DNA from: Candidatus Sivonenia alaskensis PMM_0068
GTDB lineage: Bacteria > Cyanobacteriota > Cyanobacteriia > Gloeobacterales > PMM-0068
Assembly (NCBI GenBank): GCA_949127685.1
Contig: CASBPW010000100.1
Span: 1-51,958, forward strand
Length of the DNA stretch: 51,958 nt
Direction of reading: 5' to 3'
A program made the translations under genes and the position numbers. Numbering within the stretch: position 1 is the first letter of the stretch; every line of letters begins with the position of its first letter. Positions 1 to 8,407 of this stretch are shown here, piece after piece. The notes below the pieces were generated by a model. The model was not told the origin of the DNA, ran no database searches, and saw only the letters and a list, made by a program, of their open reading frames with translations.

Positions 1-326
1 CTATCTTAGCAGCGGGCCAACTGACCGGAACGGAGGGATACACACCTGCGGTGGCAGGTGGATGGATTGCTGGAACCAATGCGGCCCGGCTGGCTAAGGG
101 GGAAACTCCGATTACTCTTCCCTCTACCACGATGTTGGGGGCGCTTGTGCAGTACATCACCAGTGCTGAACCCAAGCATTTTCAGCCAATGCCTCCCAAT
201 TTTGGGATTTTGCCGGATCTACCCCATAAAATCCGCAATAAAGTAGACCGTTATCGAGCTTATCGGGACCGAGCGCTCAAGGATTTGGAACAATTCTCTG
301 TACTTCAACGGTCCCTTGCAGGATAG
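1..326 (+). CDS. trmFO: TrmFO (folate-dependent tRNA U54 methyltransferase), C-terminal part; the 5' end lies outside the window
   Basis: Frame 3 is open from the window edge to TAG at 324-326. ...[26 protein letters not shown]... and ...[16 protein letters not shown]... match the conserved C-terminal half of TrmFO/Gid as I remember it. Confidence 0.8.
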   Translation, partial: ILAAGQLTGTEGYTPAVAGGWIAGTNAARLAKGETPITLPSTTMLGALVQYITSAEPKHFQPMPPNFGILPDLPHKIRNKVDRYRAYRDRALKDLEQFSVLQRSLAG

Positions 327-522
327 GACAAAGCAAAAAATATAAGTAGGAATTTATATCCGTATAACTACCGGGTAGATTTGCGTAAGTTACGGATGCT
401 TTACGCTGTGTATTTTCTTACTATTAGGGACGAGAAGAACAGGATACGCCCGGCTATCAATATTCAATTTGTAATAGAGATATCCGGGCATTTATTTCTC
501 CATTTACCTGTATGTTGCCTGT

Positions 523-1887
523 CTATACTGGTGCTAGAACCGGATTTGTCCCAATCCGATGCAGTTCTGCTCCAATCATGCACAATTTCTCTTCAATCCG
601 GTCGTAGCCCCGGTCTAGATACTGCAATCCAGCCACGTGGGTTTCTCCCTGAGCTGCTAGACCCGCTAAGATGAGGGCCGCTGAAGCTCTAAGGTCTGTA
701 GCATCTACAGGGGCTCCAGACAGGAAGGGCACTCCCCGGACAATGGCATGGTTAGAGCGGATCTTGATGTCAGCTCCCATCCGATTCAGTTCCGAGGCAT
801 GCTGCATTCGATTTTCAAACACGGTTTCACTAATCAGACTGGTTCCTTCGCCTAGGGCTAAAAGAGCCATGAAGGGAGCTTGCATATCCGTGGGGAAGCC
901 TGGGAACGGTAATGTTTCAATGTGTACTTCCCTGCGTTCGCGGGCTGGTCCTATCCGCAAATGATTCAGTCCCTCTGGCTCCACGGAATAGCCAATTTCT
1001 CTTAATTTAGCGATCGGAGCAGTCAGATGGTCTATGAGTACAGGACCTACCACGATCGAAGAATTGGTAATCGCTCCCGCTATCAAGAACGTTCCTGCTT
1101 CTATACGGTCGGGAATGATTCCATATTCGGTGCCATGGAGATGGGGGACACCACTGATCACGATAGTCTTGGTGCCCGCTCCGCGGATTTTAGCGCCCAA
1201 AGCCCGACAAAATCCTGCCAGGTCAGAAATCTCAGGTTCCTGAGCACAATTTTCTAAAACCGTCTCTCCCTCGGCGAGGGTTGCTGCCATCATCAAGGTT
1301 TCGGTCGCGCCAACACTGGGATAGTCCAGATAAATTTTTGCTCCTTTGAGCTTGCGGGCATGGGCTTCTACGACCCCATGTTCAATCCGTACATCCGCGC
1401 CCATCGCTTGCAGCCCGCGCACATGCAGTTCGACTGGCCTTGCACCAATCGCACAGCCGCCGGGCAAGGGGATGCGGGCCATCCCAAAGCGAGCCAACAT
1501 CGGACCCAAAATAAAGAAACTAGCGCGGAGACGGCTCACCAACTCATAGGGGGCCTTGTGCGATTTAATACTCCCGGCATCGATCTCTAGCCAACCTTCT
1601 CCGAAGGAAACCTTAGCTCCCAACGCTTCCAAGACTTGAGACATCGTATCGATATCCATCAGTCTAGGGATGTTGGTGATGCGACACGGCTCTGGGCTTA
1701 GGATTGCTGCAGCCATAATCGCAAGAGCTGCATTTTTGGCTCCACTAACTGGAATAAACCCAGAAAGAGAACGTCCTCCGACAATTTTCAATACAGGCTG
1801 CGACTGCTGCGTTTGGGGTACAGCAGAACGAGTTGATGCCAATTTTTTTTCCTCACACGTGTCAAGCTTGTTAGATTCTAACGGCAA
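523..1887 (-). CDS. murA: UDP-N-acetylglucosamine 1-carboxyvinyltransferase MurA
   Basis: 454-aa [32 protein letters not shown] and the Cys loop [16 protein letters not shown] are classic MurA. TTG start with an N-terminal extension of about 35 aa before the conserved core. Confidence 0.95.
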   Translation of the reverse strand: MPLESNKLDTCEEKKLASTRSAVPQTQQSQPVLKIVGGRSLSGFIPVSGAKNAALAIMAAAILSPEPCRITNIPRLMDIDTMSQVLEALGAKVSFGEGWLEIDAGSIKSHKAPYELVSRLRASFFILGPMLARFGMARIPLPGGCAIGARPVELHVRGLQAMGADVRIEHGVVEAHARKLKGAKIYLDYPSVGATETLMMAATLAEGETVLENCAQEPEISDLAGFCRALGAKIRGAGTKTIVISGVPHLHGTEYGIIPDRIEAGTFLIAGAITNSSIVVGPVLIDHLTAPIAKLREIGYSVEPEGLNHLRIGPARERREVHIETLPFPGFPTDMQAPFMALLALGEGTSLISETVFENRMQHASELNRMGADIKIRSNHAIVRGVPFLSGAPVDATDLRASAALILAGLAAQGETHVAGLQYLDRGYDRIEEKLCMIGAELHRIGTNPVLAPV

Positions 1888-2047
1888 TATAGACTTCTTT
1901 GTTATCGGATTGCAGCTTTTTGTAGCCTTTTAGATACTTTTTCAATAAATCTCGAAAATGTATCACAAGAAAGCGGTAGGTCTCGATGACACTGAAGCTT
2001 CTCATTAAGTTATGAAGTCTCCATGAAGAACTTTTGAAGTTCCTGTG

Positions 2048-2072
2048 AAAAAGCCCCTGGAGGACCAGGGGC
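2048..2072 (-). terminator. Intrinsic-terminator-like hairpin read on the minus strand (GCCCCUGG-UCCU-CCAGGGGC followed by UUUUU)
   Basis: Stem 2053-2060 / 2065-2072 (8 bp, GC-rich), loop 2061-2064, and an A5 run at 2048-2052 on the plus strand (U5 on minus). It lies about 235 nt downstream of the ferredoxin stop codon. Confidence 0.5.
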
Positions 2073-2307
2073 TTTAAACCCGCAACGCCGTTTTACCTCT
2101 TGTGGGCGACCTGGAGGACCAGGGGGGAATCTCGGCTGTCTTTTAGAGGATACAGAATGAATCTGCCATGCTCACCAGAACACACACTCGATTCCCAGAC
2201 ACACGAAGTTATAGATCGAGCAACATGATGGCAGCCACCAACGCCGCAGGCTTTCGCTATCATACCCGATGGAAGAGGCCCCTTATCAGACAGTCGAGGA
2301 CAGCAAA

Positions 2308-2604
2308 TCAAAACAACTCTGATTCTTGCTCCGTACGGATAGTGCAGTTTGAACGAGGATAGGCAATACAGGTCAGGATAAATCCTGCTTCTTGCTGTTC
2401 TTCCGTCAAAATAGTGCCTTCGTCCTGGTTGATGGTGCCCTCTGAGAGGCGTCCGGTACAGACGGAGCAGACTCCGGTACGACAGGAATAGGGTAGGGAA
2501 AGCCCTTGTTGTTCGGCTACTTCAAGAATATGTTGGTCTTCTTTGACTTGGAAGGTACGGTCAAGGCCTTTTTTCTCGTTGATTAATCGCACCGTATAGG
2601 TCAT
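2308..2604 (-). CDS. Plant-type [2Fe-2S] ferredoxin
   Basis: 98 aa. MTYTVRLINEKKG..., the cluster motif YSCRTGVCSVCTG, and a later ILTCIAYP Cys. The layout parallels cyanobacterial PetF but with substitutions (CRTGVCSVC versus the usual CRAGSCSTC), so it may be a paralog. Confidence 0.9.
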   Translation of the reverse strand: MTYTVRLINEKKGLDRTFQVKEDQHILEVAEQQGLSLPYSCRTGVCSVCTGRLSEGTINQDEGTILTEEQQEAGFILTCIAYPRSNCTIRTEQESELF

Positions 2605-2722
2605 GTTTGCGTTGTGTCGCTAGGGATACCATGCGACATGGTAACTCCTAATCTCGTATGCTGGGAGTCTTGTGGTTCCAAGATCTTAATAGGACTGGAA
2701 TCAAGTTTTTAGGATTGTCCCC

Positions 2723-4075
2723 ATGTCCACTCTGCCCATTGTTGCTATTGTTGGTCGGCCGAATGTAGGTAAATCGACCCTAATTAACCGAATTTGCGGG
2801 GGACGAGAAGCAATCGTTCATGACGAACCTGGCGTTACCCGCGACCGTCTCTACCTACCTGCAGATTGGAATGGCTACTACTTCCAGATCGTAGATACGG
2901 GGGGGCTCGTGTTTGAAGATAAAGAAGAGTTCCTCCCGAAAATCCGCCAGCAGGTAGAAGTAGCGCTGGAAGAAGCGAAAGCGGCGATTTTTGTGGTGGA
3001 TGGTCAGCTCGGTCCAACCGCTGCAGATTATGAAGTGGCAGAATGGCTGAGAGGGCGTAAACTCCCCATTCTATTGGCCGTTAATAAGTTGGAAGAACCG
3101 TCCACGGCGCTGACTTTGGCTTCGGAATTTTGGGGCCTTGGCTTAGGAGAGCCCTATGCGGTTTCGGCAATTCATGGAGCGGGGACGGGAGATTTTTTGG
3201 ATGCTTTGGTCCAGAATCTGCCTTTGATGGGCGAAGAAGAGGCTGCTCCAGAATTAAAAGTGGCGATTGTTGGTCGCCCGAATGTAGGTAAATCGAGCTT
3301 ACTCAATGTTTTGGTAGGCAGCGAGCGGGCGATTGTCTCCGCGATTTCAGGGACGACGCGGGATGCGATTGACACGGTAATCGAGCGGGATGGCAAGCAA
3401 TATCGCTTCATTGATACCGCTGGGATTCGCAAACGGTCAAAAGTAGACTATGGACCTGAAGCCTTTGGCGTGGACCGGGCGTTGAAAGCGATTCGTCGCG
3501 CTGATTTGGTGCTTTTGGTCATAGATGCAACGGAAGGGGCCACGGAACAGGAACAGCGTTTGGCTGGAAAGATTGAGGAATCAGGTCGGGCCTGTGTCTT
3601 GGTCGTGAACAAGTGGGATGCGGTAGAAAAAGACACCTACACGATGAATACCTATATCGAGCAGATTCGAGAGGAACTGTATTTCGTCAAATGGGCTCCC
3701 ACGATCTTTACCAGTGCACTGACCGGACAGCGTGTCCCTCAAATCATGGAAATGGTGGATGCGGCCAGTGTTCAACATCAACGCCGAATTTCTACTTCGG
3801 TCATTAATGAAGCGATCAAAGAAGCGACTATTCGCATGATGCCGCCTTCAGATAAGAGAGGCCGCCAAGGAAAAATCTATTACGGTACACAAGTTCGAGC
3901 CGAGCCGCCTACGTTTGTTCTCTTTGTGAACGAACCTAAGCTGATCAAAGACAACTATCGGACCTATTTGGAAAGTCAATTCCGAGCCAGTTTAGGCTTT
4001 GAAGGAACTCCTCTCCGATTCCTATGGCGTGGGAAAACGCCCAGGGAATTAGAACGGGATGGACGACGGGGTTAA
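2723..4075 (+). CDS. der: Ribosome-associated GTPase Der/EngA (tandem GTPase domains plus KH-like domain)
   Basis: 450 aa with two P-loops (GRPNVGKST at the N-terminus and again at about residue 185), DTGG/DTAG and NKxD motifs, and a C-terminal YGTQV...PPTFVLFVN block. Confidence 0.95.
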   Translation: MSTLPIVAIVGRPNVGKSTLINRICGGREAIVHDEPGVTRDRLYLPADWNGYYFQIVDTGGLVFEDKEEFLPKIRQQVEVALEEAKAAIFVVDGQLGPTAADYEVAEWLRGRKLPILLAVNKLEEPSTALTLASEFWGLGLGEPYAVSAIHGAGTGDFLDALVQNLPLMGEEEAAPELKVAIVGRPNVGKSSLLNVLVGSERAIVSAISGTTRDAIDTVIERDGKQYRFIDTAGIRKRSKVDYGPEAFGVDRALKAIRRADLVLLVIDATEGATEQEQRLAGKIEESGRACVLVVNKWDAVEKDTYTMNTYIEQIREELYFVKWAPTIFTSALTGQRVPQIMEMVDAASVQHQRRISTSVINEAIKEATIRMMPPSDKRGRQGKIYYGTQVRAEPPTFVLFVNEPKLIKDNYRTYLESQFRASLGFEGTPLRFLWRGKTPRELERDGRRG

Positions 4076-4084
4076 CTCCAGAAC

Positions 4085-4435
4085 TTAGGCGAAGCTCTTC
4101 CCGCCAATTAGCCCAACTAATCCATTGGCGACGGCAATGAACACGGCTGCCAAGAGCGCAGGCCAAAATCCAGCAATCGCGAAGCCAGGAACCAAGGCTG
4201 CGGCTAAGAGTAACCCCACTGCGCTCACTACGAACGAGAATAGGCCCAACGTCAAAATATTCAAGGGCAGGGCCAACAGGTTAAGAATAGGAACCACGAC
4301 CGCATTGACAATGCCTACAACCAAAGCGGCGATGAGGGCCGCCGTGTAGGTGGTCACGGTAAAGCCAGGCACGATATAGGAAGCCAGAACCAACACTGCT
4401 GCTGAAACCAGCCAGGTAATGAAAAAATCGACCAT
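4085..4435 (-). CDS. Small 4-TM membrane protein of the phage-holin-4_2 / YvlD (DUF360) family
   Basis: MVDFFITWLVSAAVLVLASYIVPGF...VNAVVVPILNLLALPLNILTLGLFSFVV... follows the family pattern. I chose the internal ATG at 4433-4435 because GAGGAAG lies 5 nt upstream. The ORF track extends to 4471. Confidence 0.7.
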   Translation of the reverse strand: MVDFFITWLVSAAVLVLASYIVPGFTVTTYTAALIAALVVGIVNAVVVPILNLLALPLNILTLGLFSFVVSAVGLLLAAALVPGFAIAGFWPALLAAVFIAVANGLVGLIGGKSFA

Positions 4436-4584
4436 AATAACTTCCTCTAGTGAGAAAAGTAGCAATCTCACCTCTAGACTAGCTTGGACAGAGGGTGTTT
4501 TGTCATATCTTAAAGGGGAGGGCTTGGTAACTAAATCTTAAACCGTGACTCTTGTGCCCTTTACGACTCCCGCGAAGGAGATAT

Positions 4585-5280
4585 ATGCGTACAGATGACA
4601 GTTCGCAGATGGGTGGTGAAAAAGAAACGGGGCGGCTTGAAGCTTTCAGTGACGCGGTTTTTGCCATCGCCATTACCCTCCTCGTTCTGGGAATCAAGGT
4701 GCCGCCTCACATGGAAGGAGTATCTTCTTGGGGATTGTTGACCCTGCTCTTTAAACAGTGGCCTTCCTATCTAGCATTCTTCTTGAGCTTCATTTCCATT
4801 CTCGTTATTTGGGTGAAACATCACAACGTGTTTACCCATATCAAACACGTGGACAATCACTTCCTCTATCTGAATGGTCTTTTACTTCTGTTTGTGACCT
4901 TATTACCCTTTCCTACAGCTCTGCTTGCGGCTTATATCCAGCACGAACCCAAGGTTGCCGCCGTCGTCTACTCAGGAAACTACCTATGCATTGCCCTAGC
5001 CTTTAATCTTCTTTGGCGGTATGCCTCCTCGGATGGCTACAGGTTGTTGGGAAAAGATATGGACCAAGGGCTTGTGGTAATTATCAATCGACGCTGCAAT
5101 TATGGGCTTCTCTATACTCTTGGCTCGGTATTTTTCGCATTCGTTAACGAGAATCTTTTTTTGGCCTATCTGCTTATCTTTTTGCCTTTCAACATGTATC
5201 CATTATCTCTCTGGCGTACGAATAGCGATTCAGGCAAGAACAGGACTCACGCAAAGCCCCCTAAATCCCCCATAGCGTAA
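4585..5280 (+). CDS. TMEM175/DUF1211-family potassium channel homolog, paralog 1
   Basis: GRLEAFSDAVFAIAITLLVL carries the RxxxFSD signature of helix 1, followed by 6 predicted TM segments. ATG 4585 is preceded by AAGGAG at 4575-4580. The track's upstream start (4552) is unlikely. Confidence 0.8.
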   Translation: MRTDDSSQMGGEKETGRLEAFSDAVFAIAITLLVLGIKVPPHMEGVSSWGLLTLLFKQWPSYLAFFLSFISILVIWVKHHNVFTHIKHVDNHFLYLNGLLLLFVTLLPFPTALLAAYIQHEPKVAAVVYSGNYLCIALAFNLLWRYASSDGYRLLGKDMDQGLVVIINRRCNYGLLYTLGSVFFAFVNENLFLAYLLIFLPFNMYPLSLWRTNSDSGKNRTHAKPPKSPIA

Positions 5281-5316
5281 GCTTCCTGTGGTAGTTGGGG
5301 GCCGGGGGGGGCCATT

Positions 5317-5478
5317 TTATGCGAAGCACTTGCCGCCAATCAAACCGACTAATCCATCGACGACGGCAATGAAAACGGCTGCTGCTATGAACTTACTCAC
5401 GCTAAAGCCAGGCACGATGTAGGAAACCAGAATCAATACTGCTGTTGCAACTAACCAGTTAATTTAAAAGTCCACCGT
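5317..5478 (-). pseudogene. Decayed second copy of the holin-like gene (internal deletion of about 215 nt, start codon lost)
   Basis: 5317-5385 aligns to 4085-4152 and 5386-5478 to about 4367-4440 of the intact copy. The ATG equivalent reads ACG (plus strand cgt at 5476-5478) and the remnant contains stop codons. Confidence 0.7.
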
Positions 5479-5625
5479 AACAACTTCTTGGAACGGGAAA
5501 AATGGTATCTCACTTCTAGGCTAGCTCTGCCAGACAGTACTTTGCCATATCTTGAAGGGGAGTGCTTAGTAACTGAATCTTAAACCGTGACTCTTGTGCC
5601 CTTTTTGATCCCGCAAAGGAGATAT

Positions 5626-6270
5626 ATGCGTACCGATGACAGTTTGTTGATAAGTGCTGAAAAAGAAACGGGGCGGCTTGAAGCTTTCAGTGACGGGGTT
5701 TTTGCCATCGCCATTACCCTCCTCGTTCTGGAAATCAAGGTCCCCCATCTGGAAGGAGAATCTCCTGTAGGGCTGTTAACGCTGCTGATTAAGCAGTGGC
5801 CTTCCTATTTGGCATTCTTCCTCAGCTTCATTACCATTCTCGTTATGTGGGTAAATCATCATATTTTGTTTACCTATATCAAGCGCGTGGACAAACGCTT
5901 TCTCTTTCTGAATGGTCTTTTACTTCTGTTTGTAACCTTCGTCCCCTTTCCTACCGCCCTGCTGGCGGAATATATTCAGCACCCCGAAGCCAAGGTTGCC
6001 GCTGTCGTCTACTCAGGAACCTACCTATGCATCGCTCTAGCCTTTAATCTCCTTTGGCGGTATGCCTCGAATGGCTACAGATTGTTGGGAAAAAATGTGG
6101 ACCGAGCGCTTGTGGAAAGTATCAATCGACAATATCTTTTGGGTCCACCTGCTTATCTTTTCGCCTTTTTCCTCGCATTTATCAACGTGGCAGCGAGTGT
6201 GGGCTTCTCTATGCTCTTGGCTCTGTATTTTGTTTTTACAGGCTCTCTGTGGCGTGGAAATAGCGATTGA
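5626..6270 (+). CDS. TMEM175/DUF1211-family potassium channel homolog, paralog 2
   Basis: GRLEAFSDGVFAIAITLLVLEIKVP... ATG 5626 has the same AAGGAG spacing as paralog 1. The N-terminal two thirds are nearly collinear with paralog 1; the C-terminal third has diverged. Confidence 0.8.
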   Translation: MRTDDSLLISAEKETGRLEAFSDGVFAIAITLLVLEIKVPHLEGESPVGLLTLLIKQWPSYLAFFLSFITILVMWVNHHILFTYIKRVDKRFLFLNGLLLLFVTFVPFPTALLAEYIQHPEAKVAAVVYSGTYLCIALAFNLLWRYASNGYRLLGKNVDRALVESINRQYLLGPPAYLFAFFLAFINVAASVGFSMLLALYFVFTGSLWRGNSD

Positions 6271-6340
6271 GGGGAACGAGAATCTTACGCTATGGGGGGG
6301 CTGGGGGCCCCTGAGGAAAAATAAGCCCTCAAGATTTCAA

Positions 6341-6369
6341 TTGACAAACGCTCTGAACTTCAACACAAT
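6341..6369 (+). promoter_or_regulatory. Candidate sigma70-type promoter for tRNA-Leu (TTGACA, 17 nt spacer, CACAAT)
   Basis: TTGACA at 6341-6346, a 17-nt spacer, and CACAAT at 6364-6369, which is 22 nt before the tRNA 5' end. The -10 element is weak. Confidence 0.3.
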
Positions 6370-6390
6370 GAGATGCTGTCCAAAGCATTT

Positions 6391-6477
6391 GCGGATCTGG
6401 CGGAATTGGTAGACGCGCATGATTCAGGTTCATGTGGGAGCAATCCCTTGGGGGTTCAAGTCCCCCGTTCCGCACCA
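6391..6477 (+). tRNA. tRNA-Leu (anticodon CAG), long variable arm, CCA encoded
   Basis: Folded by hand: acceptor GCGGATC/GTTCCGC (one U-U), D arm, anticodon stem CATGA/TCATG with loop TTCAGGT, a 16-nt variable arm, T arm GGGGG-TTCAAGT-CCCCC, then ACCA. Confidence 0.9.
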
Positions 6478-6510
6478 TATTTGACCTATTAATTTAATAA
6501 GAGTACTTCT

Positions 6511-7389
6511 GTGGAAGGGTTTCTCAACCTCAATAAGTCTGCGGGAATGACCTCTCATGACTGTGTAAATAGAGTGCGTAGATTGCTCAAAGAGCGCAGA
6601 GTTGGGCATGGAGGCACCTTAGATCCTGCTGCTGTGGGCGTCTTACCGATGGCGATTGGCCCAATGACGCGCCTATTGCGATTTATGGAAGGGAATAAGG
6701 TTTACCAAGCCACTGTGGTCCTTGGCATTGCGACCGATACGGATGACTTAGAAGGCCAAGAGCTCCATCGCAAAACTATGTCCTATGTCACGGAAGATGC
6801 AGTGGAAGGAATCTTAGGGAATTTCTTGGGGACGATTGAGCAGATTCCCCCGCGCTATAGTGCTGTGCGCAAAGATGGCAAAAAGCTCTATGAGTTGGCC
6901 AGAGCAGGTATTGAGGTGGAACCGGAAGCCCGTAGGGTTTCGATTCAACGTCTAGATATTCTCCAGTGGCAACCGGGGGATTTCCCAAAAGTGAAAATAG
7001 AAATTGAGTGCTCTTCTGGCACCTATGTTCGTTCTATTGCCCGTGATTTGGGGGCACACCTTGGCGGCTACGGCACTTTGGCTTACTTAGTTCGAAGCCA
7101 GAGTGGAGGTTTTCATCTGGACCATGCCATTGACTTAGAAAAAATGCAAGACTTGCTAGAGCAGGACCAACCAATTCCACTTCTTTCCCCCAAAGTGGCT
7201 TTGAGCCATCTGCCCATTGCCTATCTCACGAGTGACCAGGCTGAACTCTGGTGCTGTGGTCAGAAAGTCTTTTGGCCTGGAGATTCGGGCCATGTTCAAG
7301 TCTGGGAAGAAGAAGATAGCTTCCTGGGAATCGCCCATTGTGACAACCGCAAACTTCAACCCTTGACGGTTCTTCGGGGCATTCAATAG
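6511..7389 (+). CDS. truB: tRNA pseudouridine-55 synthase TruB
   Basis: GFLNLNKSAGMTSHD..., the catalytic block GHGGTLDPAAVGVLP, and IPPRYSAVRKDGKKLYELAR. GTG start. Confidence 0.9.
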   Translation: MEGFLNLNKSAGMTSHDCVNRVRRLLKERRVGHGGTLDPAAVGVLPMAIGPMTRLLRFMEGNKVYQATVVLGIATDTDDLEGQELHRKTMSYVTEDAVEGILGNFLGTIEQIPPRYSAVRKDGKKLYELARAGIEVEPEARRVSIQRLDILQWQPGDFPKVKIEIECSSGTYVRSIARDLGAHLGGYGTLAYLVRSQSGGFHLDHAIDLEKMQDLLEQDQPIPLLSPKVALSHLPIAYLTSDQAELWCCGQKVFWPGDSGHVQVWEEEDSFLGIAHCDNRKLQPLTVLRGIQ

Positions 7390-7510
7390 AAAGTTTGATG
7401 CGCTGGGCTATACCTGGTATGGGCTTGCTAACTGATTGGGGCCTGATCCAACACTTCTGGGATAAAGCATCGAACTTTGCTATATTTCAGCTTATCTTTC
7501 TGCGTAGGAA

Positions 7511-8200
7511 ATGGGTATGAACCTCAAGAAGTTTGCCCCTGCTCTCTTACTGGCCTTGGCAACTTTTCTGCCTCTTCCCGTAATGGCTCAATCTACAGCA
7601 GCCCCTGAAAAGCCAGCCACTAGTGCTCCCGCTGCTGAGAAAGATGCAGGTAAGACAACAAAGAAAACAAAAACCAAGAAAACCACCGATCAATCAACCA
7701 AGAAGACTGAAGATGCCGCGAGTACGGCTGAGCCTGAAAAAGACTCTGGCAAGACGATGAAGGAGGAGAAGGGAGCTAAACCTACTGCTCCCACCACCGC
7801 TACTCCCAAAAAAACAATGAAGAAAGAAAAGGGATCTCAGGAACCCGCCGAGGCGACTACGGCTCCAGCTGATGCTCCTATGATCAAGGACAAAGACAAT
7901 TCGACGCTCGAGCCCACAGATACAGATTCTAAGAAAGCTCCTGCTGTCGCTGCTCCGACTAAGGATAAGGACTCAAGCAAAACCACCTCTGGGGAAAGCA
8001 CCAAGAAATCCACGACAGCTGTCATTGGTATCAACTCTGAGTCTTTAACAAATCTCCAGCAGGTCAAAGGAATAGGCCCAGTGACGGCGAAGAAGATTGT
8101 TGATGGTCGCCCTTACAAGTCCTTGGATGATTTGGTTACCAAGAAAGTCTTAACTCAGAAGCAGTTTGATAAATTCAAGCCTCAAATGACGCTCAAGTAA
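7511..8200 (+). CDS. Secreted ComEA-like helix-hairpin-helix DNA-binding protein with a long K/T/E/P-rich low-complexity linker
   Basis: Signal peptide ...LPLPVMAQS, about 150 aa of low complexity, and a C-terminal LQQVKGIGPVTAKKIVDGRPYKSLDDL (HhH, ComEA type). Confidence 0.7.
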   Translation: MGMNLKKFAPALLLALATFLPLPVMAQSTAAPEKPATSAPAAEKDAGKTTKKTKTKKTTDQSTKKTEDAASTAEPEKDSGKTMKEEKGAKPTAPTTATPKKTMKKEKGSQEPAEATTAPADAPMIKDKDNSTLEPTDTDSKKAPAVAAPTKDKDSSKTTSGESTKKSTTAVIGINSESLTNLQQVKGIGPVTAKKIVDGRPYKSLDDLVTKKVLTQKQFDKFKPQMTLK

Positions 8201-8407
8201 ATCTTTCGTGTATTGGCTAAATTCCACCGATCCATTCTGTGGGGTTTTTATGACGAACTGTTTTTAACAACCCTGTGCCTAATGAAGAGTAAGGAGATAG
8301 AGATATAGAAGTCTAAGCCTTGTGAAACGAAAGGCTTAAGAATTCTAAGGGTGAAAAGAACCAATACCGAACCCATCCCCTAAAATGGGTAGAATCCTCC
8401 TCCTATA

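Larger units (their letters stand above)
4085..5316. repeat. Copy 1 of a tandemly duplicated unit of about 1.23 kb (holin-like gene, divergent promoter region, TMEM175-like gene)
   Basis: Read directly. 4085-4152, 4367-4520, the leader 4504-4584 and most of the CDS align base by base with 5317-6312, including an identical 29-nt block aatcttaaaccgtgactcttgtgcccttt. Confidence 0.85.
5317..6312. repeat. Copy 2 of the tandem duplication
   Basis: See copy 1. The junction runs directly from the G-rich 3' tail of copy 1 (to 5316) into the stop-codon end of the holin remnant (5317). Confidence 0.85.

Noticed and set aside
2076-2307. Attempt to name the structured spacer as 6S RNA, SRP RNA or a riboswitch.
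   Set aside because: I could not find diagnostic motifs: no GGAAGCAGCCA-type SRP domain IV and no B12 box, and I cannot recall a 6S consensus well enough. It is left as an unnamed candidate pending an Rfam scan.
2093-2362. 72-aa (minus) and 64-aa (plus) ORFs downstream of the ferredoxin gene.
   Set aside because: They are Cys/Arg/Ser-rich, have no SD, overlap each other and overlap the hairpin-rich spacer. I treat the interval as non-coding RNA or UTR instead.
4552-4584. Longer N-terminal starts offered by the ORF track for several genes: 4552, 5587, 4471, 14475, 28685, 37070, 48953.
   Set aside because: In each case an internal ATG has a better SD and/or coincides with the start of family-conserved sequence. 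The extensions are non-conserved, often Arg/Cys-rich read-through of leader sequence.
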